64,000 bases of DNA from Eledone cirrhosa (taxonomy: Eukaryota), in contig OZ024742.1 in assembly GCA_964016885.1 (NCBI GenBank), forward strand, positions 167,152,001 to 167,216,000, written 5' to 3'. Made by a program: the position numbers and the translations under genes. Below are positions 1 to 10,500 of the stretch, piece after piece. The notes under the pieces were generated by a model. It saw nothing but the letters and a program-made list of their open reading frames with translations. It had not been told where the DNA came from and did no database searches. Each line of letters begins with the position of its first letter. The first letter of the stretch is position 1.

Positions 1-179
1 GATAAATTCCAGCCTCGAAGGGGAGATAATTTCCAGCCAGCCAAGGGGAGATAATTTGTAAAAAAAATCAGGGGGAGATAATTTGTAAAAAAAAATCAGG
101 GGGAGATAATTTGTAAAAAAAAATCAGGGGGAGATAATTTGTAAAAAAAAATCAGGGGGAGATAATTTGTAAAAAAAAT

Positions 180-369
180 CAAGGGGAGATAATTTCCAGC
201 CGTCCAAGGGGAGATAATTTTCAGCCGTCCAAGGGGAGATAATTTCCAGCCGTCCAAGGGGAGATAATTTCCATCCTTCCAAGGGGAGATAATTTCCAGC
301 CGTCCAAGGGGAGATAATTTCCCGCCAACCAAGGGAAGATAATTTTTAAAAAAATCAGGCGGAGATTGT
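180..369 (+). repeat. B-module 'Z' (example): B, TTTTCAGCC, B, CCATCCTTCC, B, CCCGCCA(G/A)CC, GGGAAGATAAT-Tn-An, CAGGCGGAG
   Basis: The same ordered variants recur at ~4074, 7430, 11197, 18897, 20763, 26610, 29419, 42809, 54906, 58913 and 62689. Confidence 0.9.
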
Positions 370-572
370 AAAAAAAATCAGGGGGAGATAATTTGTAAAA
401 AAAAAATCAGGGGGAGATAATTTGTAAAAAAAATCAGGGGGAGATAATTTGTAAAAAAAAATCAAGGGGAGATAATTTGTACAAAAAATCAGGGGTATAT
501 AATTTGTAAAAAAAAATCAGGGGGAGATAATTTGTAAAAAAAAATCAGGGGGAGATAATTTGTAAAAAAAAT

Positions 573-735
573 CAAGGGGAGATAATTTGCAGCCGTCCAA
601 GGGGAGATAATTTTCAGCCGTCCAAGGAGAGGTAATTTCTAGTCGTCCAAGGTGAGATAATATCCAGCCGTCCAAGGGGAGATAATTTCCAGCCGTCCAA
701 GGGGAGATAATTTTTAAAAAAAAACAGGCGAAGAT
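573..735 (+). repeat. B-module 'W' (example): TTTGCAGCC, TTTTCAGCC, GGAGAGGTAATTTCTAG, GGTGAGATAATATCC, B, Tn-An-CAGGCG
   Basis: Recurs at ~4467, 9460, 14880, 19289, 21155, 29812, 34761, 39224, 43202, 48758, 53171 and 60953. Confidence 0.9.
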
Positions 736-837
736 AATTTGTAAAAAAAAAATCAGGGGGAGATAATTTGTAAAAAAAAATCAGGGGGAGATAATTTGTA
801 AAAAAAAATCAGGGGGAGGTAATTTGTGAAAAAAAAT

Positions 838-966
838 CAAGGGGAGATAATTTCCAGCCGTCCAAGGGAAGATAATTTCCAGCCCTCCAAGGGGCTATAA
901 TTTCCAGCGTCCAAGGGGAGATAATTTCCAGCCAGCGAAGGGGAGATAATTTTTTTTTTTTTAAAT
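838..966 (+). repeat. B-module 'Y' (example): B, GGGAAGATAATTTC(C/A)AGCCCTC, GGGGCTATAATTTCCAG(C/T)GTC (24 bp), CCAGCCAGCGAAGG, Tn-An
   Basis: The diagnostic GGGGCTATAA and CAGCGAAGG variants recur in fixed order dozens of times, e.g. ~1880, 3536, 4732, 8528, 9724, 12874, 15144. Confidence 0.92.
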
Positions 967-2056
967 CAGGGGGAGATCATTTGTAAAAAAAAATCAGGGG
1001 GAGATAATTTCCAGCCGTCCAAGGGGAGATAATTTTCAGCCGTCCAAGGGGAGATAATTTTCAGCCGTCCAAGGGGAGATAATTTCCCGCCAGCCAAGGA
1101 AAGATAATATTTAAAAAAATCAGGCGGAGATAATTTGTAAAAAAAAATCAGGGGGAGATAATTTGTAAAAAAAATCAATTGGAGATAATTTCCAGCCGTC
1201 CAAGGGGAGATAATTTTCAGCCGTCCAAGGAGAGGTAATTTCTAGACGTCCAAGGGGAGATAATTTCCAGCCGTCCAAGGGGAGATAATTTCCAGCCGTC
1301 CAAGGGTAGATAATATCCAGCCGTCCAAGGAGACATATTTTCCAGCTTTCCAAGGAGAGGTAATTTCTAGCCGTCCAAGGGGAGATAAATTCCAGCCTCC
1401 AAGGGGAGATAATTTCCAGCCAGCCAAGGGGAGATAATTTGTAAAAAAATCAGGGGGAGATAATTTGTAAAAAAAAATCAGGGGCAGATAATTTGTAAAA
1501 AAAATCAGGGGGAGATAATTTGTAAAAAATATCAGGGGGAGATAATTTGTAAAAAAAATCAAGGGGAGATAATTTCCAGCCGTCCAAGGGGAGATAATTT
1601 TCAGCCGTCCAAGGGGAGATAATTTCCCGCCAGCCAAGGGAAGATAATATTTAAAAAATAAGGCGGAGATAATTTGTAAAAAAAATCAGGGGGAGATAAT
1701 TTGTAAAAAAATCAGGGGGAGATAATTTGTAAAAAAAAAATCAGGGAGAGATAATTTGTAAAAAAAATCAGGGGGAGATAATTTGTAAAAAAAAATCAGG
1801 GGTAGATAATTTGTAAAAAAAAATCAGGGGGAGATAATTTGTAAAAAAAATCAGGGGGAGATAATTTGTAAAAAAAATCAAGGGGAGATAATTTCCAGCC
1901 GTCCAAGGGAAGATAATTTCAAGCCCTCCAAGGGGCTATAATTTCCAGTGTCCAAGGGGAGATAATTTCCAGCCAGCGAAGGGGAGATAATTTTTTTTTT
2001 TAAATCAGTGGGAGATTTGTACAAAAAATCAGGGGGAGATAATTTGTAAAAAAAAT

Positions 2057-2425
2057 CAAAGGGAGATAATTTCCAGCCGTCCAAAGAGAGATAATTTCTA
2101 GCCGTCCAAGGGGAGATAATTTCGAGCCAAGGGGAGATAATTTCCAGCCGTCCAAGGGGAGATAATTTTTTAAAAAATCAGGTGGAGATAATTTGTAAAA
2201 AAAATCAGGGGGAGATAATTTGTAAAAACAAAATCAAGGGCAGATAATTTCCAGCTGTCCAAGGGGAGATAATTTCCAGCCGTGCAAGGGGAGATAATTT
2301 CCAGCCGTCCAAGGGGAGATAATTTCCATCCTTCCAAGGGGAGATAATTTCCAGCCGTCCAAGGGGAGATAATTTCCCGCCAGCCAAGGGAAGATAATTT
2401 TTTAAAAAATCAGGCGGAGATTGTA
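2057..2425 (+). repeat. B-module 'V' plus linked Z-variant (example): AAAGGGAG..AAAGAGAG, TCTAGCC, 21-bp TTCGAGCC monomer, CAGGTGGAG, AAAACAAAATCAAGGGCAG, CTGTCC, GTGCAA, CCATCCTTCC
   Basis: Recurs at ~5950, 13052, 14093, 24072, 33974, 36708, 37722, 44685, 47971, 50704, 51718 and 56435. Confidence 0.9.
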
Positions 2426-2485
2426 AAAAAAATCAGGGGGAGATAATTTGTAAAAAAATCAGGGGGAGATAATTTGTAAAAAAAT

Positions 2486-2710
2486 CAAGGGGAGATAATT
2501 TCCAGCTGTCCAAGGGGAGGTAATATCTAGCCGTCCAAGGGGAGATAATTTCCAGCCGTCCAAGGGGAGATAATTTCCAGCCGTCCAAGGGTAGATAATA
2601 TCCAGCCGTCCAAGGAGACATATTTTCCAGCCGTCCAAGGAGAGGTAATTTCTAGCCGTCCAAGTGGAGATAAATTCCAGCCTCCAAGGGGAGATAATTT
2701 CCAGCCAGCC
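2486..2710 (+). repeat. B-module 'X' (example): GGGGAGGTAATATCTAG, B, B, GGGTAGATAATATCC, G(G/T)AGACA(TA)TTTTCC, GGAGAGGTAATTTCTAG, GATAAATTCCAGCCTC (24 bp), CCAGCCAGCC
   Basis: The longest B run (about 9 units). It produces the recurring minus-strand peptide GGWNLSPLGRLEITSPWTAGK seen in many ORFs across the window. Confidence 0.92.
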
Positions 2711-2799
2711 AAGGGGAGATAATTTGTAAAAAATTCAGGGGGAGATAATTTGTAAAAAAAATCAGGGGGAGATAATTTGTAAAAAAAAATCAGGGGGAG

Positions 2800-5700
2800 A
2801 TAATTTGTAAAAAAAATCAGGGGGAGATAATTTGTAAAAAAAATCAGGGGGAGATAATTAGTAAAAAAATCAAGGGGAGATAATTTCCAGCCGTCCAAGG
2901 GGAGGTAATATCTAGCCGTCCAAGGGGAGATAATTTCCAGCCGTCCAAGGGGAGATAATTTCCAGCCGTCCAAGGGTAGATAATATCCAGCCGTCCAAGT
3001 AGACATATTTTCCAGCCGTCCAAGGAGAGGTAATTTCTAGCCGTCCAAGGGGAGATAAATTCTAGCCTCCAAGGGGAGATAATTTCCAGCCAGCCAAGGG
3101 GAGATAATTTGTAAAAAAATCAGGGGGAGATAATTTGTAAAAAAAATCAGGGGGAGATAATTTGTAAAAAAAAATCAGGGGGAGATAATTTGTAAAAAAA
3201 ATCAGGGGGAGATAATTTGTAAAAAAAAATCAGGGGGAGATAATTTGTAAAAAAAATCAAGGGGAGATAATTTCCAGCCGTCCAAGGGGAGATAATTTCC
3301 AGCCGTCCAAGGGGAGGTAATATCTAGCCGTCCAAGGGGAGATAATTTCCAGCCGTCCAAGAGGAGATAATTTCCAGCCGTCCAAGGGAAGATAATTTCA
3401 AGCCCTCCAAGGGGCTATAATTTCCAGTGTCCAAGGGGAGATAATTTCCAGCCAGCGAAGGGGAGATAATTTTTTTTTAAAAATCAGGGGGAGATTTGTA
3501 AAAAAAATCAGGGGGAGATAATTTGTAAAAAAAATCAAGGGGAGATAATTTCCAGCCGTCGAAGGGAAGATAATTTCCAGCCCTCCAAGGGGCTATAATT
3601 TCCAGCGTCCAAGGGGAGATAATTTCCAGCCAGCGAAGGGGAGATAATTTTTTTAAAAAAATCATTGGGAGATTTGTAAAAAAAATCAGGGAGAGACAAT
3701 TTGTAAAAAAAATCAAGGGGAGATAATTTCCAGCCGTCCAAGGGGAGGTAATATCTAGCCGTCCAAGGGGAGATAATTTCCAGCCGTCCAAGGGGAGATA
3801 ATTTCCAGCCGTCCAAGGGTAGATAATATCCAGCCGTCCAAGTAGACATTTTCCAGCCGTCCAAGGAGAGGTAATTTCTAGCCGTCCAAGGGGAGATAAA
3901 TTCCAGCCTCGAAGGGGAGATAATTTCCAGCCAGCCAAGGGGAGATAATTTGTAAAAAAAATCAGGGGGAGATAATTTGTAAAAAAAAATCAGGGGGAGA
4001 TAATTTGTAAAAAAAAATCAGGGGGAGATAATTTGTAAAAAAAAATCAGGGGGAGATAATTTGTAAAAAAAATCAAGGGGAGATAATTTCCAGCCGTCCA
4101 AGGGGAGATAATTTTCAGCCGTCCAAGGGGAGATAATTTCCAGCCGTCCAAGGGGAGATAATTTCCATCCTTCCAAGGGGAGATAATTTCCAGCCGTCCA
4201 AGGGGAGATAATTTCCCGCCAACCAAGGGAAGATAATTTTTAAAAAAATCAGGCGGAGATTGTAAAAAAAATCAGGGGGAGATAATTTGTAAAAAAAAAA
4301 TCAGGGGGAGATAATTTGTAAAAAAAATCAGGGGGAGATAATTTGTAAAAAAAAATCAAGGGGAGATAATTTGTACAAAAAATCAGGGGTATATAATTTG
4401 TAAAAAAAAATCAGGGGGAGATAATTTGTAAAAAAAAATCAGGGGGAGATAATTTGTAAAAAAAATCAAGGGGAGATAATTTGCAGCCGTCCAAGGGGAG
4501 ATAATTTTCAGCCGTCCAAGGAGAGGTAATTTCTAGTCGTCCAAGGTGAGATAATATCCAGCCGTCCAAGGGGAGATAATTTCCAGCCGTCCAAGGGGAG
4601 ATAATTTTTAAAAAAAAACAGGCGAAGATAATTTGTAAAAAAAAAATCAGGGGGAGATAATTTGTAAAAAAAAATCAGGGGGAGATAATTTGTAAAAAAA
4701 AATCAGGGGGAGGTAATTTGTGAAAAAAAATCAAGGGGAGATAATTTCCAGCCGTCCAAGGGAAGATAATTTCCAGCCCTCCAAGGGGCTATAATTTCCA
4801 GCGTCCAAGGGGAGATAATTTCCAGCCAGCGAAGGGGAGATAATTTTTTTTTTTTTAAATCAGGGGGAGATAATTTGTAAAAAAAAATCAGGGGGAGATA
4901 ATTTCCAGCCGTCCAAGGGGAGATAATTTTCAGCCGTCCAAGGGGAGATAATTTTCAGCCGTCCAAGGGGAGATAATTTCCCGCCAGCCAAGGAAAGATA
5001 ATATTTAAAAAAATCAGGCGGAGATAATTTGTAAAAAAAAATCAGGGGGAGATAATTTGTAAAAAAAATCAATTGGAGATAATTTCCAGCCGTCCAAGGG
5101 GAGATAATTTTCAGCCGTCCAAGGAGAGGTAATTTCTAGACGTCCAAGGGGAGATAATTTCCAGCCGTCCAAGAGGAGATAATTTCCAGCCGTCCAAGGG
5201 TAGATAATATCCAGCCGTCCAAGGAGACATATTTTCCAGCTTTCCAAGGAGAGGTAATTTCTAGCCGTCCAAGGGGAGATAAATTCCAGCCTCCAAGGGG
5301 AGATAATTTCCAGCCAGCCAAGGGGAGATAATTTGTAAAAAAATCAGGGGGAGATAATTTGTAAAAAAAAATCAGGGGCAGATAATTTGTAAAAAAAATC
5401 AGGGGGAGATAATTTGTAAAAAATATCAGGGGGAGATAATTTGTAAAAAAAATCAAGGGGAGATAATTTCCAGCCGTCCAAGGGGAGATAATTTTCAGCC
5501 GTCCAAGGGGAGATAATTTCCCGCCAGCCAAGGGAAGATAATATTTAAAAAATAAGGCGGAGATAATTTGTAAAAAAAATCAGGGGGAGATAATTTGTAA
5601 AAAAATCAGGGGGAGATAATTTGTAAAAAAAAAATCAGGGAGAGATAATTTGTAAAAAAAATCAGGGGGAGATAATTTGTAAAAAAAAATCAGGGGTAGA

Positions 5701-5850
5701 TAATTTGTAAAAAAAATCAGGGGGAGATAATTTGTAAAAAAAATCAGGGGGAGATAATTTGTAAAAAAAATCAAGGGGAGATAATTTCCAGCCGTCCAAG
5801 GGAAGATAATTTCAAGCCCTCCAAGGGGCTATAATTTCCAGTGTCCAAGG
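2800..5850 (+). repeat. ~3 kb block duplicated at ~28.15-31.2 kb (offset 25,345) and ~41.55-44.6 kb
   Basis: ORF pairs 3477/28822, 3990/29335, 4860/30205 and 5136/30481 all have offset 25345; 3477/42212 has offset 38735. Confidence 0.9.
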
Positions 5851-7429
5851 GGAGATAATTTCCAGCCAGCGAAGGGGAGATAATTTTTTTTTTTAAATCA
5901 GTGGGAGATTTGTACAAAAAATCAGGGGGAGATAATTTGTAAAAAAAATCAAAGGGAGATAATTTCCAGCCGTCCAAAGAGAGATAATTTCTAGCCGTCC
6001 AAGGGGAGATAATTTCGAGCCAAGGGGAGATAATTTCCAGCCGTCCAAGGGGAGATAATTTTTTAAAAAATCAGGTGGAGATAATTTGTAAAAAAAATCA
6101 GGGGGAGATAATTTGTAAAAACAAAATCAAGGGCAGATAATTTCCAGCTGTCCAAGGGGAGATAATTTCCAGCCGTGCAAGGGGAGATAATTTCCAGCCG
6201 TCCAAGGGGAGATAATTTCCATCCTTCCAAGGGGAGATAATTTCCAGCCGTCCAAGGGGAGATAATTTCCCGCCAGCCAAGGGAAGATAATTTTTTAAAA
6301 AATCAGGCGGAGATTGTAAAAAAAATCAGGGGGAGATAATTTGTAAAAAAATCAGGGGGAGATAATTTGTAAAAAAATCAAGGGGAGATAATTTCCAGCT
6401 GTCCAAGGGGAGGTAATATCTAGCCGTCCAAGGGGAGATAATTTCCAGCCGTCCAAGGGGAGATAATTTCCAGCCGTCCAAGGGTAGATAATATCCAGCC
6501 GTCCAAGGAGACATATTTTCCAGCCGTCCAAGGAGAGGTAATTTCTAGCCGTCCAAGTGGAGATAAATTCCAGCCTCCAAGGGGAGATAATTTCCAGCCA
6601 GCCAAGGGGAGATAATTTGTAAAAAATTCAGGGGGAGATAATTTGTAAAATAAATCAGGGGGAGATAATTTGTAAAAAAAAATCAGGGGGAGATAATTTG
6701 TAAAAAAAAATCAGGGGGAGATAATATGTAAAAAAAATCAAGGGGAGATAATTTCCAGCCGTCCAAGGAGAGATAATTTAAAAAAAAAATCAGGCGGAGA
6801 TAATTTGTAAAAAAAAATCAGGGGGAGATAATTTGTAAAAAAAAATCAGGGGGAGATAATTTGTAAAAAAAATCAAGGGGAGATAATTTCCAGCCGTCCA
6901 AGGGGAGATAATTTTCAGCCGTCCAAGGGGAAATAATTTTTTTAAAAAAATCAGGCGGAGATAATTTGTAAAAAAAATCAGGGGGAGATAATTTGTAAAA
7001 AAAAATCAGGGGGAGATAATTTGTAAAAAAAAAATCAGGGGGAGATAATTTCCAGCCGTCCAAGGTAAGATAATTTCCAGCCCTCCAAGGGGCTATAATT
7101 TCCAGCATCCAAGGGGAGATAATTTCCAGCCGTCCAATGGTAGATAATATCCAGCCGTCCAAGTAGACATTTTCCAGCCGTCCAAGGAGAGGTAATTTCT
7201 AGCCGTCCAAGGGGAGATAAATTCCAGCCTCCAAGGGGAGATAATTTCCAGCCAGCCAAGGGGAGATAATTTGTAAAAAAATCAGGGGGAGATAATTTGT
7301 AAAAAAAATCAGGGGGAGATAATTTGTAAAAAAAATCAGGGGGAGATAATTTGTAAAAAAAAATCAGGGGGAGATAATTTGTAAAAAAAAATCAGGGGGA
7401 GATAATTTGTAAAAAAAATCAAGGGGAGA

Positions 7430-7592
7430 TAATTTCCAGCCGTCCAAGGGGAGATAATTTTCAGCCGTCCAAGGGGAGATAATTTCCAGCCGTCCAAGGG
7501 GAGATAATTTCCATCCTTCCAAGGGGAGATAATTTCCAGCCGTCCAAGGGGAGATAATTTTCAGTCGTCCAAGGGGAGATAATTTCCCGCCA
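7430..7592 (+). repeat. Example run of type B monomers, CAAGGGGAGATAATTTCCAGCCGTC, 25 bp
   Basis: Consecutive 25-bp units carrying point variants (TTTTCAGCC, CCATCCTTCC, CAGTCGTCC, CCCGCCAGCC). Confidence 0.97.
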
Positions 7593-10500
7593 GCCAAGGG
7601 AAGATAATATTTTAAAAAATCAGGCGGAGATAATTTGTAAAAAAAATCAGGGGGAGATAATTTGTAAAAAAATCAGGGGGAGATAATTTGTAAAAAAAAA
7701 ATCAGGGGGAGATAATTTGTAAAAAAAATCAGGGGGAGATAATTTGTAAAAAAAAAATCAGGTGTAGATAATTTGTAAAAAAAAATCAGGGGGAGATAAT
7801 TTGTAAAAAAAAAATCAGGGGGAGATAATTTGTAAAAAAAATCAGGGGGAGATAATTTGTAAAAAAAAATCAGGGGGAGATAATTTCCAGCCGTCCAAGG
7901 GGAGATAATTTTCAGCCGTCCAAGGGGAGATAATTTCCCGCCAGCCAAGGGAAGATAATATTTAAAAAAATCAGGCGGAGATAATTTGTAAAAAAAATCA
8001 GGGGGAGATAATTTGTAAAAAAAAATCAGGGGGAGATAATTTGTAAAAAAAATCAAGGGGAGATAATTTCCAGCCGTCCAAGGAGAGATAATTTAAAAAA
8101 AAAATCAGGCGGAGATAATTTGTAAAAAAAAATCAGGGGGAGATAATTTGTAAAAAAAAATCAGGGGGAGATAATTTGTAAAAAAAATCAAGGGGAGATA
8201 ATTTCCAGCCGTCCAAGGGGAGATAATTTTCAGCCGTCCAAGGGGAGATAATTTCCAGCCGTCCAAGGGGAGATAATTTAAAAAAAAAAATCAGGCGGAG
8301 ATAATTTGTAAAAAAAATCAAGGGGAGATAATTTGCAACCGTCCAAGGGGACATAATTTTCAGTCGTCCAAGGAGAGGTAATTTCTAGCCGTCCAAGGGG
8401 AGATAATTTCCAGCCGTCCAAGGGGAGATAATTTCCAGCCGTCCAAGGGGAGATAATTTTTTTTTAAAAATCAGGCGGAGATAATTTGTAAAAAAAAAAT
8501 CAGGGGGAGATAATTTGTAAAAAAAATCAAGGGGAGATAATTTCCAGCCGTCCAAGGGAAGATAATTTCCAGCCCTCCAAGGGGCTATAATTTCCAGCGT
8601 CCAAGGGGAGATAATTTCCAGCCAGCGAAGGGGAGATAATTTTTTTAAAAAAATCATTGGGAGATTTGTAAAAAAAATCAGGGAGAGATAATTTGTAAAA
8701 AAAATCAAGGGGAGATAATTTCCAGCCGTCCAAGGGGAGGTAATATCTAGCCGTCCAAGGGGAGATAATTTCCAGCCGTCCAAGGGGAGATAATTTCCAG
8801 CCGTCCAAGGGTAGATAATATCCAGCCGTCCAAGTAGACATTTTCCAGCCGTCCAAGGAGAGGTAATTTCTAGCCGTCCAAGGGGAGATAAATTCCAGCC
8901 TCCAAGGGGAGATAATTTCCAGCCAGCCAAGGGGAGATAATTTGTAAAAAAATCAGGGGGAGATAATTTGTAAAAAAATCAGGGGGAGATAATTTGTAAA
9001 AAAAAATCAGGGGGAGATAATTTGTAAAAAAAAATCAGGGGGAGATAATTTGTAAAAAAAAATCAGGGGGAGATAATTTGTAAAAAAAATCAAGGGGAGA
9101 TAATTTCCAGCCGTCCAAGGGGAGATAATTTCCATCCTTCCAAGGGGAGATAATTTCCAGCCGTCCAAGGGGAGATAATTTCCCGCCAGCCAAGGGAAGA
9201 TAATTTTTAAAAAAATCAGGCGGAGATTGTAAAAAAAATCAGGGGGAGATAATTTGTAAAAAAATCAGGGGGAGATAATTTGTAAAAAAAAAATCAGGGG
9301 GAGACAATTTGTAAAAAAAATCAGGGGGAAATAATTTGTAAAAAAAAATCAAGGGGAGATAATTTGTACAAAAAATCAGGGGTATATAATTTGTAAAAAA
9401 AAATCAGGGGGAGATAATTTGTAAAAAAAAATCAGGGGGAGATAATTTGTAAAAAAAATCAAGGGGAGATAATTTGCAGCCGTCCAAGGGGAGATAATTT
9501 TCAGCCGTCCAAGGAGAGGTAATTTCTAGCCGTCCAAGGTGAGATAATATCCAGCCGTCCAAGGGGAGATAATTTCCAGCCGTCCAAGGGGAGATAATTT
9601 TTAAAAAAAAACAGGCGAAGATAATTTGTAAAAAAAAAATCAGGGGGAGATAATTTGTAAAAAAAAATCAGGGGGAGATAATTTGTAAAAAAAAATCAGG
9701 GGGAGGTAATTTGTAAAAAAAATCAAGGGGAGATAATTTCCAGCCGTCCAAGGGAAGATAATTTCCAGCCCTCCAAGGGGCTATAATTTCCAGCGTCCAA
9801 GGGGAGATAATTTCCAGCCAGCGAAGGGGAGATAATTGTTTTAAAAAAATCATTGGGAGATTTGTAAAAAAAATCAGGGGGAGATAATTAATAAAAAAAA
9901 TCAAGGGGAGATAATTCCAGCCGTCCAAGGGGAGGTAATATCTAGCCGTCCAAGGGGAGATAATTTCCAGCCGTCCAAGGGGAGATAATTTCCAGCCGTT
10001 CAAGGGTAGATAATATCCAGCCGTCCAAGGAGACATATTTTCCAGCCGTGCAAGGAGAGGTAATTTCTAGCCGTCCAAGGGGAGATAAATTCCAGCCTCC
10101 AAGGGGAGATAATTTCCAGCCAGCCAAGGGGAGATAATTTGTAAAAAAATCAGGGGGAGATAATTTGTAAAAAAAGTCAGGGGTAGATAATTTGTAAAAA
10201 AAAATCAGGGGGAGATAATTTGTAAAAAAAAATCAGGGGGAGATAATTTGTAAAAAAAATCAAGGGGAGATAATTTCCAGCCATCCAAGGAGAGATAATT
10301 TTTAAAAAAAATCAGGCGGAGATAATTTGTAAAAAAAAATCAGGGGGAGATAATTTGTAAAAAAAATCAGGGGGTGATAATTTGTAAAAAAAATCAAGGG
10401 GAGATAATTTCCAGCCGTCCAAGGGGAGATAATTTCCAGCCGTCCAAGGGGACATAAATTTTTTAAAAAAATCAGGCGGAGATAATTTGTAAAAAAAATC

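Larger units (their letters stand above)
1..6645 (+). repeat. Higher-order tandem duplication, period 3,894 bp (1-~2,750 repeated at 3,895-~6,645)
   Basis: ORF pairs 96/3990, 966/4860 and 1242/5136 have offset 3894; 1878/5771 and 2205/6098 have offset 3893. The private variant AGCCTCGAAG was seen only at ~11-20 and ~3905-3914. Confidence 0.93.

Noticed and set aside
930-966. GC-rich segment followed by a long T run, resembling an intrinsic terminator
   Set aside because: There is no convincing GC hairpin before the T tract and no upstream gene. It is the module Y transition monomer.
8385-8930. Longest ORF (181 aa), Leu/Pro/Trp-rich and superficially like a leucine-rich-repeat or membrane protein
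   Set aside because: It is a chance stop-free path through modules X, Y and W. Homologous copies are broken by 1-bp tract changes (e.g. 38410-38694).
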